A stretch of 61,064 nt of DNA, counting the filler. It is 4 parts of 4 records of this genome, joined end to end, with 100 filler letters (N's around TTAATTAATTAA, not from the genome) between each part and the next. Parts side by side here need not be neighbours in the genome. Positions count along the whole stretch, not along the records: positions 14,393 to 35,005 come from SRR22947725_4550; positions 35,106 to 52,125 come from SRR22947725_4560; 2 more parts are not named here. One strand, 5' to 3'. The first letter of the stretch is position 1. Each line of letters starts with the position of its first letter. Made by a program: the position numbers and the translations under genes. The notes beneath the pieces are model-generated. The model searched no databases. It saw only the letters and a list, made by a program, of their open reading frames with translations, and was not told the origin of the DNA. This document shows, one piece after another, positions 31,459 to 41,630 of this stretch.

Positions 31459-32364
31459 ATGCAAAACTACAACTTAACTCACTTAGAGCAGTTAGAATCG
31501 GAGGCAATTTTCATTCTACGCGAAACCGCTGCTCAATTTGAACGCCCAGGGCTTCTTTTCTCAGGTGGAAAAGACTCAATCGTAATGGCTCATCTTGCTG
31601 CGAAAGCATTTAGCCCAGCAAAAATACCTTTTCCTTTCGTCCATGTGGATACTGGACATAATTTTCCTGAGACCATCGCATTTCGCGATTCATTTGTGAA
31701 GAAAACTGGCGTTCAGTTAATTGTCGGGCATGTGCAGAGTTCTATAGATAATGGCACTGCTGTCGAAGAGACTGGCCCCAATGCAAGTCGGAATGCACTC
31801 CAATCAGTAACACTTCTTGAAACCATTGAAAAGGAGTCCCTGGATGCATGCCTGGGGGGAGGACGACGAGATGAGGAGAAAGCACGAGCCAAGGAAAGAT
31901 TCTTCTCCCATAGAGACGCATTTGGTCAGTGGGATCCAAAGAATCAAAGACCTGAATTGTGGAACTTATTCAATGGAAGAAAATCTCAGGGTGAAAACTT
32001 CCGCATCTTTCCCTTGAGTAATTGGACGGAAATGGATGTTTGGCAGTATGCAAAAATTGAAAATATCGAACTGCCTAACTTATACTTTACCCACGAAAGA
32101 GAAGTCGTGGACAGGAATGGTAGTTTGTTAGCAGTATCGGATTTTGTCACCCCCCGCGAAAATGAATCACCGAGACAAGAAATCGTTCGCTTCAGGACGA
32201 TTGGGGACGCAACTTGTACAGGAGCGGTTTTATCAAAAGCATCAAATCTTGATGAAGTTATTGCGGAAGTAGCTGCATCAAGAGTCACTGAACGAGGATC
32301 GCGTGCCGATGACAGAAGATCCGAAGCGGCAATGGAAGACCGGAAAAAACAAGGATACTTCTAA
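31459..32364 (+). CDS. cysD: Sulfate adenylyltransferase subunit 2
   Basis: FSGGKDS, RRDEEKARAKER, QRPELW and terminal KKQGYF. Confidence 0.97.
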   Translation: MQNYNLTHLEQLESEAIFILRETAAQFERPGLLFSGGKDSIVMAHLAAKAFSPAKIPFPFVHVDTGHNFPETIAFRDSFVKKTGVQLIVGHVQSSIDNGTAVEETGPNASRNALQSVTLLETIEKESLDACLGGGRRDEEKARAKERFFSHRDAFGQWDPKNQRPELWNLFNGRKSQGENFRIFPLSNWTEMDVWQYAKIENIELPNLYFTHEREVVDRNGSLLAVSDFVTPRENESPRQEIVRFRTIGDATCTGAVLSKASNLDEVIAEVAASRVTERGSRADDRRSEAAMEDRKKQGYF

Positions 32365-32382
32365 TTCTAAAATTTATTTAAA

Positions 32383-33657
32383 ATGACAGATCAAAACAAC
32401 TATCTTGATATGGATCTCCTCCGCTTCACCACAGCTGGAAGTGTAGATGATGGAAAAAGTACCTTAATCGGAAGACTTTTTCATGACACCAAGGCCATTT
32501 TCGAAGATCAACTCGAAGCAATTGAAAGAAGTAGCAAGCAAAGAGGGGACGAACATGTCAACTTAGCCCTATTGACTGACGGACTTCGTGCCGAAAGAGA
32601 GCAGGGCATTACCATAGATGTCGCGTACCGTTACTTTGCCACGCCGAAAAGAAAATTCATCATTGCTGATACTCCGGGGCATATCCAGTACACGAGGAAT
32701 ATGGTTACCGGTGCGTCCACTGCGAATCTCGCTTTAATTTTAGTAGATGCTCGAAATGGAGTAGTAGAACAAACTCGCAGGCACACCTTCATCGCCGACC
32801 TGCTGGGCATCAAGCATGTTGCCGTCTGTATCAACAAGATGGACCTTGTCGACTACGACGAGAAAGAATACGAGAAAGTCCTTCGACAATATACCGACTT
32901 TGCATCACGCCTTGAAAATGTGACTGATTTAACCTTTATACCAATTAGTGCCCTCAAAGGTGATAATGTAGTGGATCGGTCCGAAAATATGCAATGGTAC
33001 AAGGGACCACCACTTTTATACCACCTTGAAAATGTTTATGTAGGATCCGACAGCAACCATGTGGACGCAAGGTTTCCAGTACAATGGGTAATTCGCCCGC
33101 ATTCGGACGAGCACCATGACTTTCGTGGTTTTTCTGGCAGAGTAGCAGGAGGCGTTTTTAAATTAGGCGATGAGGTCACCATTCTCCCCTCAGGATTTTC
33201 TACCAAGATTTCAAAAATCTTAAAAGGAGAGACCGAGATCGAAGAAGCATACCATCCCCAATCTGTCACTATTCTACTCGAAGATGAAATTGATGTCAGT
33301 CGCGGAGATATGATCGTAAAGCCGAATAACCAGCCAAAAGTGGAGCAAGATCTCGATGCCTTTATCTGCTGGTTTTCCGGAAATAAGAAATTATCAAAAG
33401 GTTCTAAGTTTATATTCCGACACACTACCAAAGAAGCACAGGCCATCGTATCCGAAATTCGCTATAAGGTAGATGTTAATTCTCTCAGGAAAATGGAAGG
33501 TGTGGATACATTCGATATGAATGACATCGGCCGAGTGTCACTTCGAATTTCTCAACCTATTTTTCATGACACCTACCGAAGAAATCGAAATACGGGAAGC
33601 TTTATCTTGGTGGACCCCTTTACCAATGAAACTTTGGCGGCAGGAATGCTAAGGTAA
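32383..33657 (+). CDS. cysN: Sulfate adenylyltransferase subunit 1 (GTPase)
   Basis: GSVDDGKST, REQGITIDVAY, DTPGH and NKMD motifs. No fused CysC domain. Confidence 0.97.
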   Translation: MTDQNNYLDMDLLRFTTAGSVDDGKSTLIGRLFHDTKAIFEDQLEAIERSSKQRGDEHVNLALLTDGLRAEREQGITIDVAYRYFATPKRKFIIADTPGHIQYTRNMVTGASTANLALILVDARNGVVEQTRRHTFIADLLGIKHVAVCINKMDLVDYDEKEYEKVLRQYTDFASRLENVTDLTFIPISALKGDNVVDRSENMQWYKGPPLLYHLENVYVGSDSNHVDARFPVQWVIRPHSDEHHDFRGFSGRVAGGVFKLGDEVTILPSGFSTKISKILKGETEIEEAYHPQSVTILLEDEIDVSRGDMIVKPNNQPKVEQDLDAFICWFSGNKKLSKGSKFIFRHTTKEAQAIVSEIRYKVDVNSLRKMEGVDTFDMNDIGRVSLRISQPIFHDTYRRNRNTGSFILVDPFTNETLAAGMLR

Positions 33658-34769
33658 TGTTAGAGAAAGGCAAAATCGATCAGTTGCGGGAACTCGGACT
33701 AAGACTCATTGATCAGCACAAAGCACGAATTATTATCCCAGCCCTCGAACAAAACCCAGGTTACTGGTTTGGGGGCGGTAATATTATCCAAGAGAAAAGT
33801 GGTCGTATTTTAATTTGTGGGAGGTACCGCAATGCGGGAGATTCAACTACCGGTACAGGTGCAGGAGAAAGAGGACTGGAATTTGCTGTTTTTGAAAGCG
33901 AGGCGATCACTGAAGAGTTCTCCAAGATACTTTCTTTTTCAAAGAAAGACCTAGGTCATGATTCTGAGATTGTTTCAATCGAGGGAGGGTGCTTGCTTCA
34001 AGGTGCCCAAGCAGATGGTATCGAACTTTTCATTTCGACAGAAAAAAGGATCGCTTACCCCAAACACTTGATTAATTTTCAAAAACCGGGCACTGGTGTT
34101 TGGACGGTTGATTTATTGCGCGGCACCGATGCGGAGTCGATCGACTTAGGTACTATCGAGACTGTTGCATCATCTAGAGAAGCAAACACCCTCCACATTA
34201 AAGACCCGGTCGCCTTTCACTCTGCAGATGGGAGTACCGAACTACTTTATTGCAACCATCCCTTTTCATGGTCCAGTTCAAATACTGGACTTACTCGCAG
34301 AAAGAAAGATGAAGATTCGTTTAACCAATTCAGTGACTCTGTTTTAACACGTGGCAACAGTTGGGATGTTGCCTGTTCCCGAATAACTGAACGACTCCAG
34401 ATTCCTAAAATTGGCTCCTTTTCCGATATCCCTGATTTGTCACTCTACTTTTACGATGGAGCGGAATGCCTTCGCTCTTTAGACCAAAACCCACAAGCAG
34501 CAAAACGCCCAAGAGGTTATTCCTGTGAAGAATTAGGTGGCTTAGCTTGGGGCTGGGACGATGACTTCCCAAGGATCAACCCCATATCTACTGACTTCCC
34601 TCTATTTATATCACCTCATGCCACAGGATGTAGCCGGTATGTCTCCACAATTTTCCTCCAAAATGAAGATTTGATAGCCACATGGCAACAAGCTCAACCT
34701 GACGGTTCTCAGCCACTGGTAGCGAATCAACTCAATAAAAGTGAAATTCATAGAATTCTTTCTAACTAA
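33657..34769 (+). CDS. Conserved hypothetical protein, possibly a beta-propeller glycosidase-like fold
   Basis: 370-aa ORF coupled to cysN (TAATG). Conserved-looking blocks GYWFGGG, GRYRNAGDS, SIEG, KDP and RGYSCEE. The fold is inferred. Confidence 0.7.
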   Translation: MLEKGKIDQLRELGLRLIDQHKARIIIPALEQNPGYWFGGGNIIQEKSGRILICGRYRNAGDSTTGTGAGERGLEFAVFESEAITEEFSKILSFSKKDLGHDSEIVSIEGGCLLQGAQADGIELFISTEKRIAYPKHLINFQKPGTGVWTVDLLRGTDAESIDLGTIETVASSREANTLHIKDPVAFHSADGSTELLYCNHPFSWSSSNTGLTRRKKDEDSFNQFSDSVLTRGNSWDVACSRITERLQIPKIGSFSDIPDLSLYFYDGAECLRSLDQNPQAAKRPRGYSCEELGGLAWGWDDDFPRINPISTDFPLFISPHATGCSRYVSTIFLQNEDLIATWQQAQPDGSQPLVANQLNKSEIHRILSN

Positions 34770-34793
34770 GATTTTACATTCCACCTGAAGCTT

Positions 34794-34820
34794 TGGTAGA
34801 GGTGGCGGGAATCGAACCCG
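34794..34820 (-). mobile_element. tmRNA/tRNA 3'-end fragment, probable att site of an integrative element
   Basis: Minus strand CGGGTTCGATTCCCGCCACCTCTACCA gives a T-loop, acceptor 3' strand and CCA. The upstream part of the RNA is absent. Confidence 0.65.
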
Positions 34821-35005
34821 ATACACCATGTGCCGAAACCTCAGTATCCATAAAGGATTCAGACTTTTCACCAGAAGCGTTGATCAAGATATTGACTGAG
34901 ATTTCTGGGACAGACCGTCAAATACTGACCCGAATTGTCCAAAGATGGAGTAGTCTCAGCGAGGAGTTGAAGAAAGCGGTTTTGAGGGTGGTGGGGTAGG
35001 GTAAT

Positions 35006-35105
35006 NNNNNNNNNNNNNNNNNNNNNNNNNNNNNNNNNNNNNNNNNNNNTTAATTAATTAANNNNNNNNNNNNNNNNNNNNNNNNNNNNNNNNNNNNNNN
35101 NNNNN
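35006..35105. other. Artificial contig spacer
   Basis: N-run/TTAATTAATTAA/N-run. Confidence 0.98.
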
Positions 35106-35356
35106 AAACCACAACTCATACCAGTTATTTCTTCGAGCTCTTTATAAAGACGGATAGTATAACTTTGGAGGGCTGCCATATTTGTATCACCGTTTATTGT
35201 GTGAAACCCACCCGCGGCATGCCAGGTTGAGCCAGATGTAAGTTCGCTCCGCTCAAGTAACATAACGTCTGACCAACCTAATTTAGTTAGATGGTATAGG
35301 ACTGAGCAACCAACCACTCCACCACCTATTACAACAACACGAGTGTTTAACTTCAT
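35106..35356 (-). CDS. GcvT-family FAD oxidoreductase (dimethylglycine/sarcosine dehydrogenase-like), N-terminal fragment
   Basis: VIGGGVVG and LTSGSTWHAAG motifs. Truncated by the spacer. Confidence 0.88.
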
Positions 35357-35508
35357 AGACTACCCCTTACTCTTATTTTATAATATTTAAATATTTCACA
35401 ATTTGAATTATTTTATTACCTAGTTCACGACATCTTTAGTCGCCTAATGACAAGTTTAATAGAAATCGATACTAGAATAAGATAGAATGAATCATTAGAG
35501 GTTTGAAC

Positions 35509-37920
35509 ATGAAAAGTCACGCACAGGCTGTTGTAATTGGGGGCGGATTAATTGGTTGCTCTATTTTATATCATCTAACTAAATTAGGTTGGAAAGATGT
35601 AGTGTTACTGGAAAGAGATGAACTTACTTCGGGATCTACCTGGCACGCTGCGGCTGGAATTCATGGTTTACATGACAATAATAATATTACTCGAATTCAA
35701 AACTACACTATGAACCTGTATAAAGAGTTAGAAACTCTAACCGGTCAGGGATGTGGTATTTTTCAACCTGGATCTTTATATTTAGCTCAAACTGAAAATC
35801 GAGAACATCAGCTTAGATTACAAGAAGCGAAGGCTAAATATTACGGTTTAAACTTTCATGAAATTAGTCGAAATGAGGCTGAAAGGCTTCATCCTTTAGT
35901 CGACTTTGATGGTGTGAGAACTATCATGTACGAACCAGATGGAGGGAATGTTGATCCCTCGGGGGTTACAAATGCTTATGCAAACGGTGCTCGTCAAAAT
36001 GGAGCTGAAATATATAGATTCACTCCTGTAACTGGGACTGAGCAGCTGTCGGACAAAAGTTGGTTAATAAAAACTGACAAAGGAAATATTAAAACAGAAG
36101 TAGTAATCAATGCGGCAGGGCTCTGGGGTAGGGAGGTTGGTAAAATGGCAGGTTTAGATCTTCCATTGCTACCAGCAGAACATCAATATTTTGTTACTGA
36201 AACAATACCAGAAATAGAATCTATTGGACGACGGTTGCCATCTATTGCGGATAGAGATGGGGAGTATTATCTGCGTCAAGAAGGTAATGGTTTATTAGTT
36301 GGTGCGTATGAAAAAGATGTTAAGTTATGGGCCGAGCTTGAAACACCATCGGGATTTGGGCACGAATTGTTTCCTGATGACCTGGACCGTATTGAAGAGA
36401 ACGTCTTAAGAGCAATCTCTAGGGTTCCGGTTCTAGGTGGGGCAGGCATTAAACGTGTTATAAACGGTCCTATGATTTGGTCACCTGATAGCAATGCTCT
36501 ATTTGGTCCTGTGCCAGAGTTAGATGGTTATTATTTATGTAATGGTATTATCCCTGGTTTTTCTCAGTCCGGGGGATTAGGAGAGCTACTAGCAGAGTGG
36601 ATTATAACCGGTGAACCACATCTAGATATTTTTTCTTGGGACCTTGCAAGGTTTGGAACCTGGGCAGATAAAAAATTTACAAAATCTAGAGTAAAAGACC
36701 AATACTCAAATAGATTTGCAATTCACTTTCCTAATGAAGAGCGGTCTGCTGGGAGGCCAGTTCGAACACGGCCTGCTTACTCCACACAAAAAGAGTTAGG
36801 TGCAGTCTTTGGGTTGAATTATGGCTGGGAACACCCTTTATGGTTCTCAAAGGAACCCAACACAGTCGACAGCAATGGTTTTACCAGGCAGAATTGGCAT
36901 GAACCAGTTGGAATTGAGTGTAATATGTTGCGTAATTCGGTTGGCGTTATCGATATATCTAATTTTGCTAAATACTTAGTTAGTGGCGATGGTTCTGAAA
37001 GTTGGTTAAATTCAATCTTTGCCAATCGTATGCCAAAGAATATTGGTAGATCTTGTTTGACTCCATTGATAGGGAAGCGAGGCGGGATAGCAGGAGACTT
37101 TACTGTGACCCACTTAGAGAAAGATAAATTTTTGATAATTGGATCTGGGATGGCGGAACGCTATCATTCAAGATATTTTAAATCTGTTCCATTACCCGGT
37201 AACGTTTCATTTGAAAGTATTACTGAAAAGATGTGTGGGTTTAACGTTGCTGGACCTAAGTCAAGGGAAATGCTGTCTAGGTTATCGAATGCTGATTTCA
37301 GTACAGAGTTATTTCCATTCATGACGGCCAAGAGAATTAACCTTTTAGGTTTAAGTGTGATTGCTGTGAGAGTCTCTTTTACAGGCGACCTTGGTTGGGA
37401 GTTATATTGTGACACTGTGGATCAAGTTGAGTTATATAACAGTCTAGTGACAATTGCAAAGGAGCTAAATGGTGGACCTATTGGGAGTCGCGCCCTAATG
37501 AGCCTTAGAATAGAGAAAGGTTATGGCAGCTGGTCAAGAGAGTACTCACCAGAATACTGGCCTCAGGAAGTTGGTCTTTCCAAGTTGATTAAGTTAGATA
37601 AGGATTTCTTAAATAAAGAAGCATATATAAAAATTAAGGATAAAAAGCCGCGAGAGATGCTTCGCATTATTGAAGTTGTAGATGCAAAAATTGCTGATGC
37701 AACTGGTGGAGAACCTATTTTCTCAATAGATGGAGCTCCAATCGGGCGAGTGACATCTGGAGCTTACTGCGCAGGCGTAGGTAAGTCCTTAGCACTAGTT
37801 TTTATTAAATCCTCAATCATAGATGTAGAAATGCACGTTATGATTTTAGGAAAGCCTCATCTTGCAAAACTCCTAGACGAGCCTCCTTTTGATCCTAAAG
37901 GTCTTAAATTGAGGTCTTAA
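35509..37920 (+). CDS. Dimethylglycine/sarcosine dehydrogenase-like FAD oxidoreductase fused to a GcvT domain
   Basis: GGGLIG, TSGSTWHAA (flavinylated His), SFTGDLGWE, LRIEKGY and G.VTSG motifs. Confidence 0.92.
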   Translation: MKSHAQAVVIGGGLIGCSILYHLTKLGWKDVVLLERDELTSGSTWHAAAGIHGLHDNNNITRIQNYTMNLYKELETLTGQGCGIFQPGSLYLAQTENREHQLRLQEAKAKYYGLNFHEISRNEAERLHPLVDFDGVRTIMYEPDGGNVDPSGVTNAYANGARQNGAEIYRFTPVTGTEQLSDKSWLIKTDKGNIKTEVVINAAGLWGREVGKMAGLDLPLLPAEHQYFVTETIPEIESIGRRLPSIADRDGEYYLRQEGNGLLVGAYEKDVKLWAELETPSGFGHELFPDDLDRIEENVLRAISRVPVLGGAGIKRVINGPMIWSPDSNALFGPVPELDGYYLCNGIIPGFSQSGGLGELLAEWIITGEPHLDIFSWDLARFGTWADKKFTKSRVKDQYSNRFAIHFPNEERSAGRPVRTRPAYSTQKELGAVFGLNYGWEHPLWFSKEPNTVDSNGFTRQNWHEPVGIECNMLRNSVGVIDISNFAKYLVSGDGSESWLNSIFANRMPKNIGRSCLTPLIGKRGGIAGDFTVTHLEKDKFLIIGSGMAERYHSRYFKSVPLPGNVSFESITEKMCGFNVAGPKSREMLSRLSNADFSTELFPFMTAKRINLLGLSVIAVRVSFTGDLGWELYCDTVDQVELYNSLVTIAKELNGGPIGSRALMSLRIEKGYGSWSREYSPEYWPQEVGLSKLIKLDKDFLNKEAYIKIKDKKPREMLRIIEVVDAKIADATGGEPIFSIDGAPIGRVTSGAYCAGVGKSLALVFIKSSIIDVEMHVMILGKPHLAKLLDEPPFDPKGLKLRS

Positions 37921-38083
37921 ATTAGATTTTTGATATAATTAACGAATTTTAATTAAGTTAAACCAGTAATTTACTGCGGTAGCCTTAATATTTCTCTAGA
38001 TTATTTTATTTTAATTAGATAGATAGCGATATTTAGAAGCTGTTCTGGTTTTAAGTATGTAGAGTGTGGGGGAAGATAAACAG

Positions 38084-38860
38084 ATGAGTTCTAAACCTAT
38101 GTTACGCATTGAAGGTTTGGCAAAAAACTATGGGGGTTTAAAGGCGGTCCGTGGTGTAAGCTTTGAAGTGCCTGAAGGTGAAATTGTTGGTTTAATTGGC
38201 CCAAATGGTGCAGGAAAAACTACGACTTTTAATATGATTGCTGGAGCCGAAAAGCCCTCTTCTGGAAAAATTTTTTTATTAGACCAAGAAATAACTGGGC
38301 TCCAAACTGAAAAACTTTACTACCGAGGTTTGATGAGAACTTTTCAACTTAGTCATGAATATGCAAAAATGACTAGTTTAGAAAATCTTATGGTTGCTGG
38401 TCCGTCTCAGGTAGGTGAGAATATGTTTATGAACTGGATTTCCCCCGTAAAAGTAATAAAAAGAGAAACTGAAATATTAGAACGTGCCAATTATACTTTA
38501 GATTTTCTTGGGCTTAACCATGTTAGAGACGAATTGGCAGGAAATTTGTCTGGTGGACAAAAGAAATTACTTGAACTTGGAAGAACAATGATGGGGGACT
38601 CTAAGTGTGTTCTTCTGGATGAGCCAGGAGCAGGTGTTAACCCGACTTTAATGGTAAAAGTAACTGAAATGATTAGAACTTTGAATGAAGAGCAAGGTTA
38701 TACTTTTTGTATAATTGAACATGATATGGATCTTATAGCAAACCTTTGTAAAAATGTAATCGTTCTAAATGATGGACAAATCTTAATGCAAGGCACTATG
38801 GAGCAGGTTAGAAATGATGAACGTGTAATCGATGCATACTTCGGGGGAGGAGTAATTTGA
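38084..38860 (+). CDS. Liv-type ABC transporter ATPase (LivG-like)
   Basis: GPNGAGKT, LSGGQ, LLDEP and EHDM motifs. Confidence 0.92.
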   Translation: MSSKPMLRIEGLAKNYGGLKAVRGVSFEVPEGEIVGLIGPNGAGKTTTFNMIAGAEKPSSGKIFLLDQEITGLQTEKLYYRGLMRTFQLSHEYAKMTSLENLMVAGPSQVGENMFMNWISPVKVIKRETEILERANYTLDFLGLNHVRDELAGNLSGGQKKLLELGRTMMGDSKCVLLDEPGAGVNPTLMVKVTEMIRTLNEEQGYTFCIIEHDMDLIANLCKNVIVLNDGQILMQGTMEQVRNDERVIDAYFGGGVI

Positions 38861-39579
38861 ATAATGTTACTCCAGCTTTAGAGCTAAAAGATATTTTTGC
38901 GGGATATGGCGAAACAGAGATTTTACATGGTGTAAATCTTTCTGTAAATATGGGTGAGATAGTCGCAATTATTGGTCCAAACGGTGCTGGGAAATCTACT
39001 GCAATAAAAGCAATTTTAGGTTTGCTGAATATAACCAAGGGCTCAGTACTTTTAAATGGAAATGATATAACAGATACTGCGCCTGATCGTGTTGTTACAA
39101 AAGGGATTAGCTATGTCCCTCAAACACATAATGTTTTTGTAAATTTGAGTGTTCAAGAGAATTTAGAAATGGGTGCATGGACGCGTTCAGAGGGAATAAA
39201 TGAACGTTTAGAAGAAATGTTTACATTGTTCCCTGATTTGCGAGAAAAACGTCGACAGGCAGCGGGATCTTTATCTGGTGGACAAAGACAGATGGTGGCG
39301 ATGGCAAAAGCTTTAATGGTAGATGCCAAAGTTCTTTTATTAGACGAACCGACAGCAGGGTTATCTCCAAAATATCGTGGAGAAATTTTTTCTACAATTA
39401 AGGAAATTAATAGTACGGGTGTACCTATTTTAATTGTCGAACAAAATGCAAAACAAGCTTTAGGGTGTGCAAATAGGGGATATGTGCTCGTTGATGGTAC
39501 AAATAGGTTTCAAGGGACAGGAACTGATTTGCTTGAAGATAGAGATGTCGCACGCATGTTTCTTGGGGGCGGAGAATAG
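38857..39579 (+). CDS. Liv-type ABC transporter ATPase (LivF-like)
   Basis: GPNGAGKS, LSGGQRQM, LDEP and VEQN motifs. Confidence 0.92.
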   Translation: MNNVTPALELKDIFAGYGETEILHGVNLSVNMGEIVAIIGPNGAGKSTAIKAILGLLNITKGSVLLNGNDITDTAPDRVVTKGISYVPQTHNVFVNLSVQENLEMGAWTRSEGINERLEEMFTLFPDLREKRRQAAGSLSGGQRQMVAMAKALMVDAKVLLLDEPTAGLSPKYRGEIFSTIKEINSTGVPILIVEQNAKQALGCANRGYVLVDGTNRFQGTGTDLLEDRDVARMFLGGGE

Positions 39580-39582
39580 ATC

Positions 39583-40533
39583 ATGTGGGATTCCTTTGGA
39601 TTTGAGTTTGTTAATTTTTATTTTATCCCAGGTATTGTTCTTGGTTGCATATATGCTTTAGGAGCAATTGGGATTACTCTCACTTTTGGTATTCTTAGAT
39701 TTGCTAATTTTGCACATGGCGAAGTCATGATGACTGGTGCTTATGTGACCTGGACTTTAATGGCAGTAACCGGAGCTTTATTCGGATGGGTTTTGCACCC
39801 CTTGATTGCTGCAATACCAGCTATCTTTGTTATGATCGTACTTTTTACGATTATAGACCGGTGGTTTTATAAGCCTTTTAGGAATGCTCCAACCATAAAA
39901 CTTGTTATTGCCAGTTTTGGTATGATGCTTGTCATCAGGAGTTTAGTGCAAGTACTTTGGGGTCCCAATCAAATAACCTTTGTAAAAGGTATCGCTAAAC
40001 CTAATAGTTTTATACGAGATTTGACGGGCTCGTTTGATATGATGATTCTTGTTCCAAATAAACATTTTTGGATTATGGCTGGTACTTTGATCATTGTTTT
40101 AATTTTAGGCTATCTTTTAACTAGGACCCGAATTGGTAAAGCTATGAGAGCGGTTTCTGATAGTCCTGACTTAGCCCTAGTTACGGGAATTGATGTCGAG
40201 GTAGTTATAAGAGCGACATGGATCGTAGGCGGTGCATGTGCTGTAGCAGCTGGTGTGTTCTTAGCAATGGATATTCAGATGTTAGAGACAACAATGGGCT
40301 TTAGAATGTTATTACCAATGTTTGCTGCTGCAATATTGGGAGGGATAGGAAAACCTTATGGGGCTGTTATGGGAGGTTTGGTCATAGGTCTAGCTGAAGA
40401 ACTTGTGTCATATCCTTGGATTGGAGAGTCAGCATTAATAAGCCCGGGATATAAATCAGGTGTTGCATTTGCAATTATGATTATAATGCTGATAGTTCGG
40501 CCAAGTGGGCTATTTAAAGGACGGACCTTCTAA
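39583..40533 (+). CDS. Liv-type ABC permease (LivH-like)
   Basis: NFAHGE, GKAMRA, ILGGIG and RPSGL motifs; multi-TM. Confidence 0.92.
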   Translation: MWDSFGFEFVNFYFIPGIVLGCIYALGAIGITLTFGILRFANFAHGEVMMTGAYVTWTLMAVTGALFGWVLHPLIAAIPAIFVMIVLFTIIDRWFYKPFRNAPTIKLVIASFGMMLVIRSLVQVLWGPNQITFVKGIAKPNSFIRDLTGSFDMMILVPNKHFWIMAGTLIIVLILGYLLTRTRIGKAMRAVSDSPDLALVTGIDVEVVIRATWIVGGACAVAAGVFLAMDIQMLETTMGFRMLLPMFAAAILGGIGKPYGAVMGGLVIGLAEELVSYPWIGESALISPGYKSGVAFAIMIIMLIVRPSGLFKGRTF

Positions 40534-41597
40534 TGGATCAATTAATTGGCTACTTTCTTTATTTTTGTTCTTTGTTGGCGGTTGGCGGCATTTATTCTTT
40601 GATTGCTCTTGGTCTTAACGTACAATGGGGTTTTGCTGGTCTATTTAACGCTGGTATAGCAGGGTTTGTTTCAATCGGAGCATATACCTATGCTCTCCTC
40701 ACAACAGCCACAAGTCCTCTACATTACGGTGGTTTGGAGTTACCGTTAGCAGTTGGTATTTTAGCAGCAATGCTCGCCTCAGGGTTTATAGCAGCCTTAA
40801 TAGGTGTTATTTGTATAAGGCTTAGAGCTGATTATCTTGCAATCGCTACCATTGGAATAGCAGAAATTATTAAGTTAATTTTAAAAAACACTACAGAGAT
40901 AACAAACGGCCCTAGAGGGATTAATAAGATTCCTAGGCTTTGGGAGAATTTTACTGAAGAGAGATTTTATGCTGACTGGCCAATGTCATGGTTCGCTTCA
41001 CCGGACACTTGGCAAATGTTTTTCTCATCTTTGCCAAGATGGTGGTGGCAGCCTTGCTTTGCATTTTCTATTATTATTGCAGTTTACGTTGTTTATCGGC
41101 TTCTAGAGAGATTACGATTGTCGCCATGGGGTCGCATGATGACTGCAATACGCGAAAATGAACCAGCAGCTCATGCGGCGGGAAAAAATGTTGAAGGTCG
41201 AAGAGTTGAAGCATTTATACTAGGTTCGGTGCTTATGGGTTTGGCTGGAGCAGTATTAGCTATGCACTTGCGGCTTATAGAGCCAACAAATACGTTTGAT
41301 CCCTCAAAGATGACTTTCTTAGTTTGGGTGATGTTAATTGCTGGTGGCTCAGGAAATAACCGTGGTGCAATACTTGGAGCGTTTTTGATTTGGGTTATTT
41401 GGTCGGCAAGCGAAATAGTGATCAATGTTGGTATAGATTTGATTGCAGATATAACAAATGTACATGTCGGTATTCTTAGTACAAGAGCTGGATATTTACG
41501 TATGTTGCTAATCGGGTTATTGCTACAATACATACTACAGAAGTACCCTTTAGGAATATTACCGGAATCGCGGCCCACCGCTTCTGGTAAAACATAA
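40533..41597 (+). CDS. Liv-type ABC permease (LivM-like)
   Basis: RLRADYLAIAT, SPWGR...AIRENE and GGSGN motifs; multi-TM. Confidence 0.92.
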   Translation: MDQLIGYFLYFCSLLAVGGIYSLIALGLNVQWGFAGLFNAGIAGFVSIGAYTYALLTTATSPLHYGGLELPLAVGILAAMLASGFIAALIGVICIRLRADYLAIATIGIAEIIKLILKNTTEITNGPRGINKIPRLWENFTEERFYADWPMSWFASPDTWQMFFSSLPRWWWQPCFAFSIIIAVYVVYRLLERLRLSPWGRMMTAIRENEPAAHAAGKNVEGRRVEAFILGSVLMGLAGAVLAMHLRLIEPTNTFDPSKMTFLVWVMLIAGGSGNNRGAILGAFLIWVIWSASEIVINVGIDLIADITNVHVGILSTRAGYLRMLLIGLLLQYILQKYPLGILPESRPTASGKT

Positions 41598-41630
41598 TAA
41601 TAACTGTGGGCTTTATGAAGGAGTAATATT

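Noticed and set aside
34793-34999. 68-aa ORF taken at face value from its listed start
   Set aside because: Its N-terminus MVEVAGIEP is simply the antisense reading of the tmRNA-like fragment. Only the C-terminal part may be coding.
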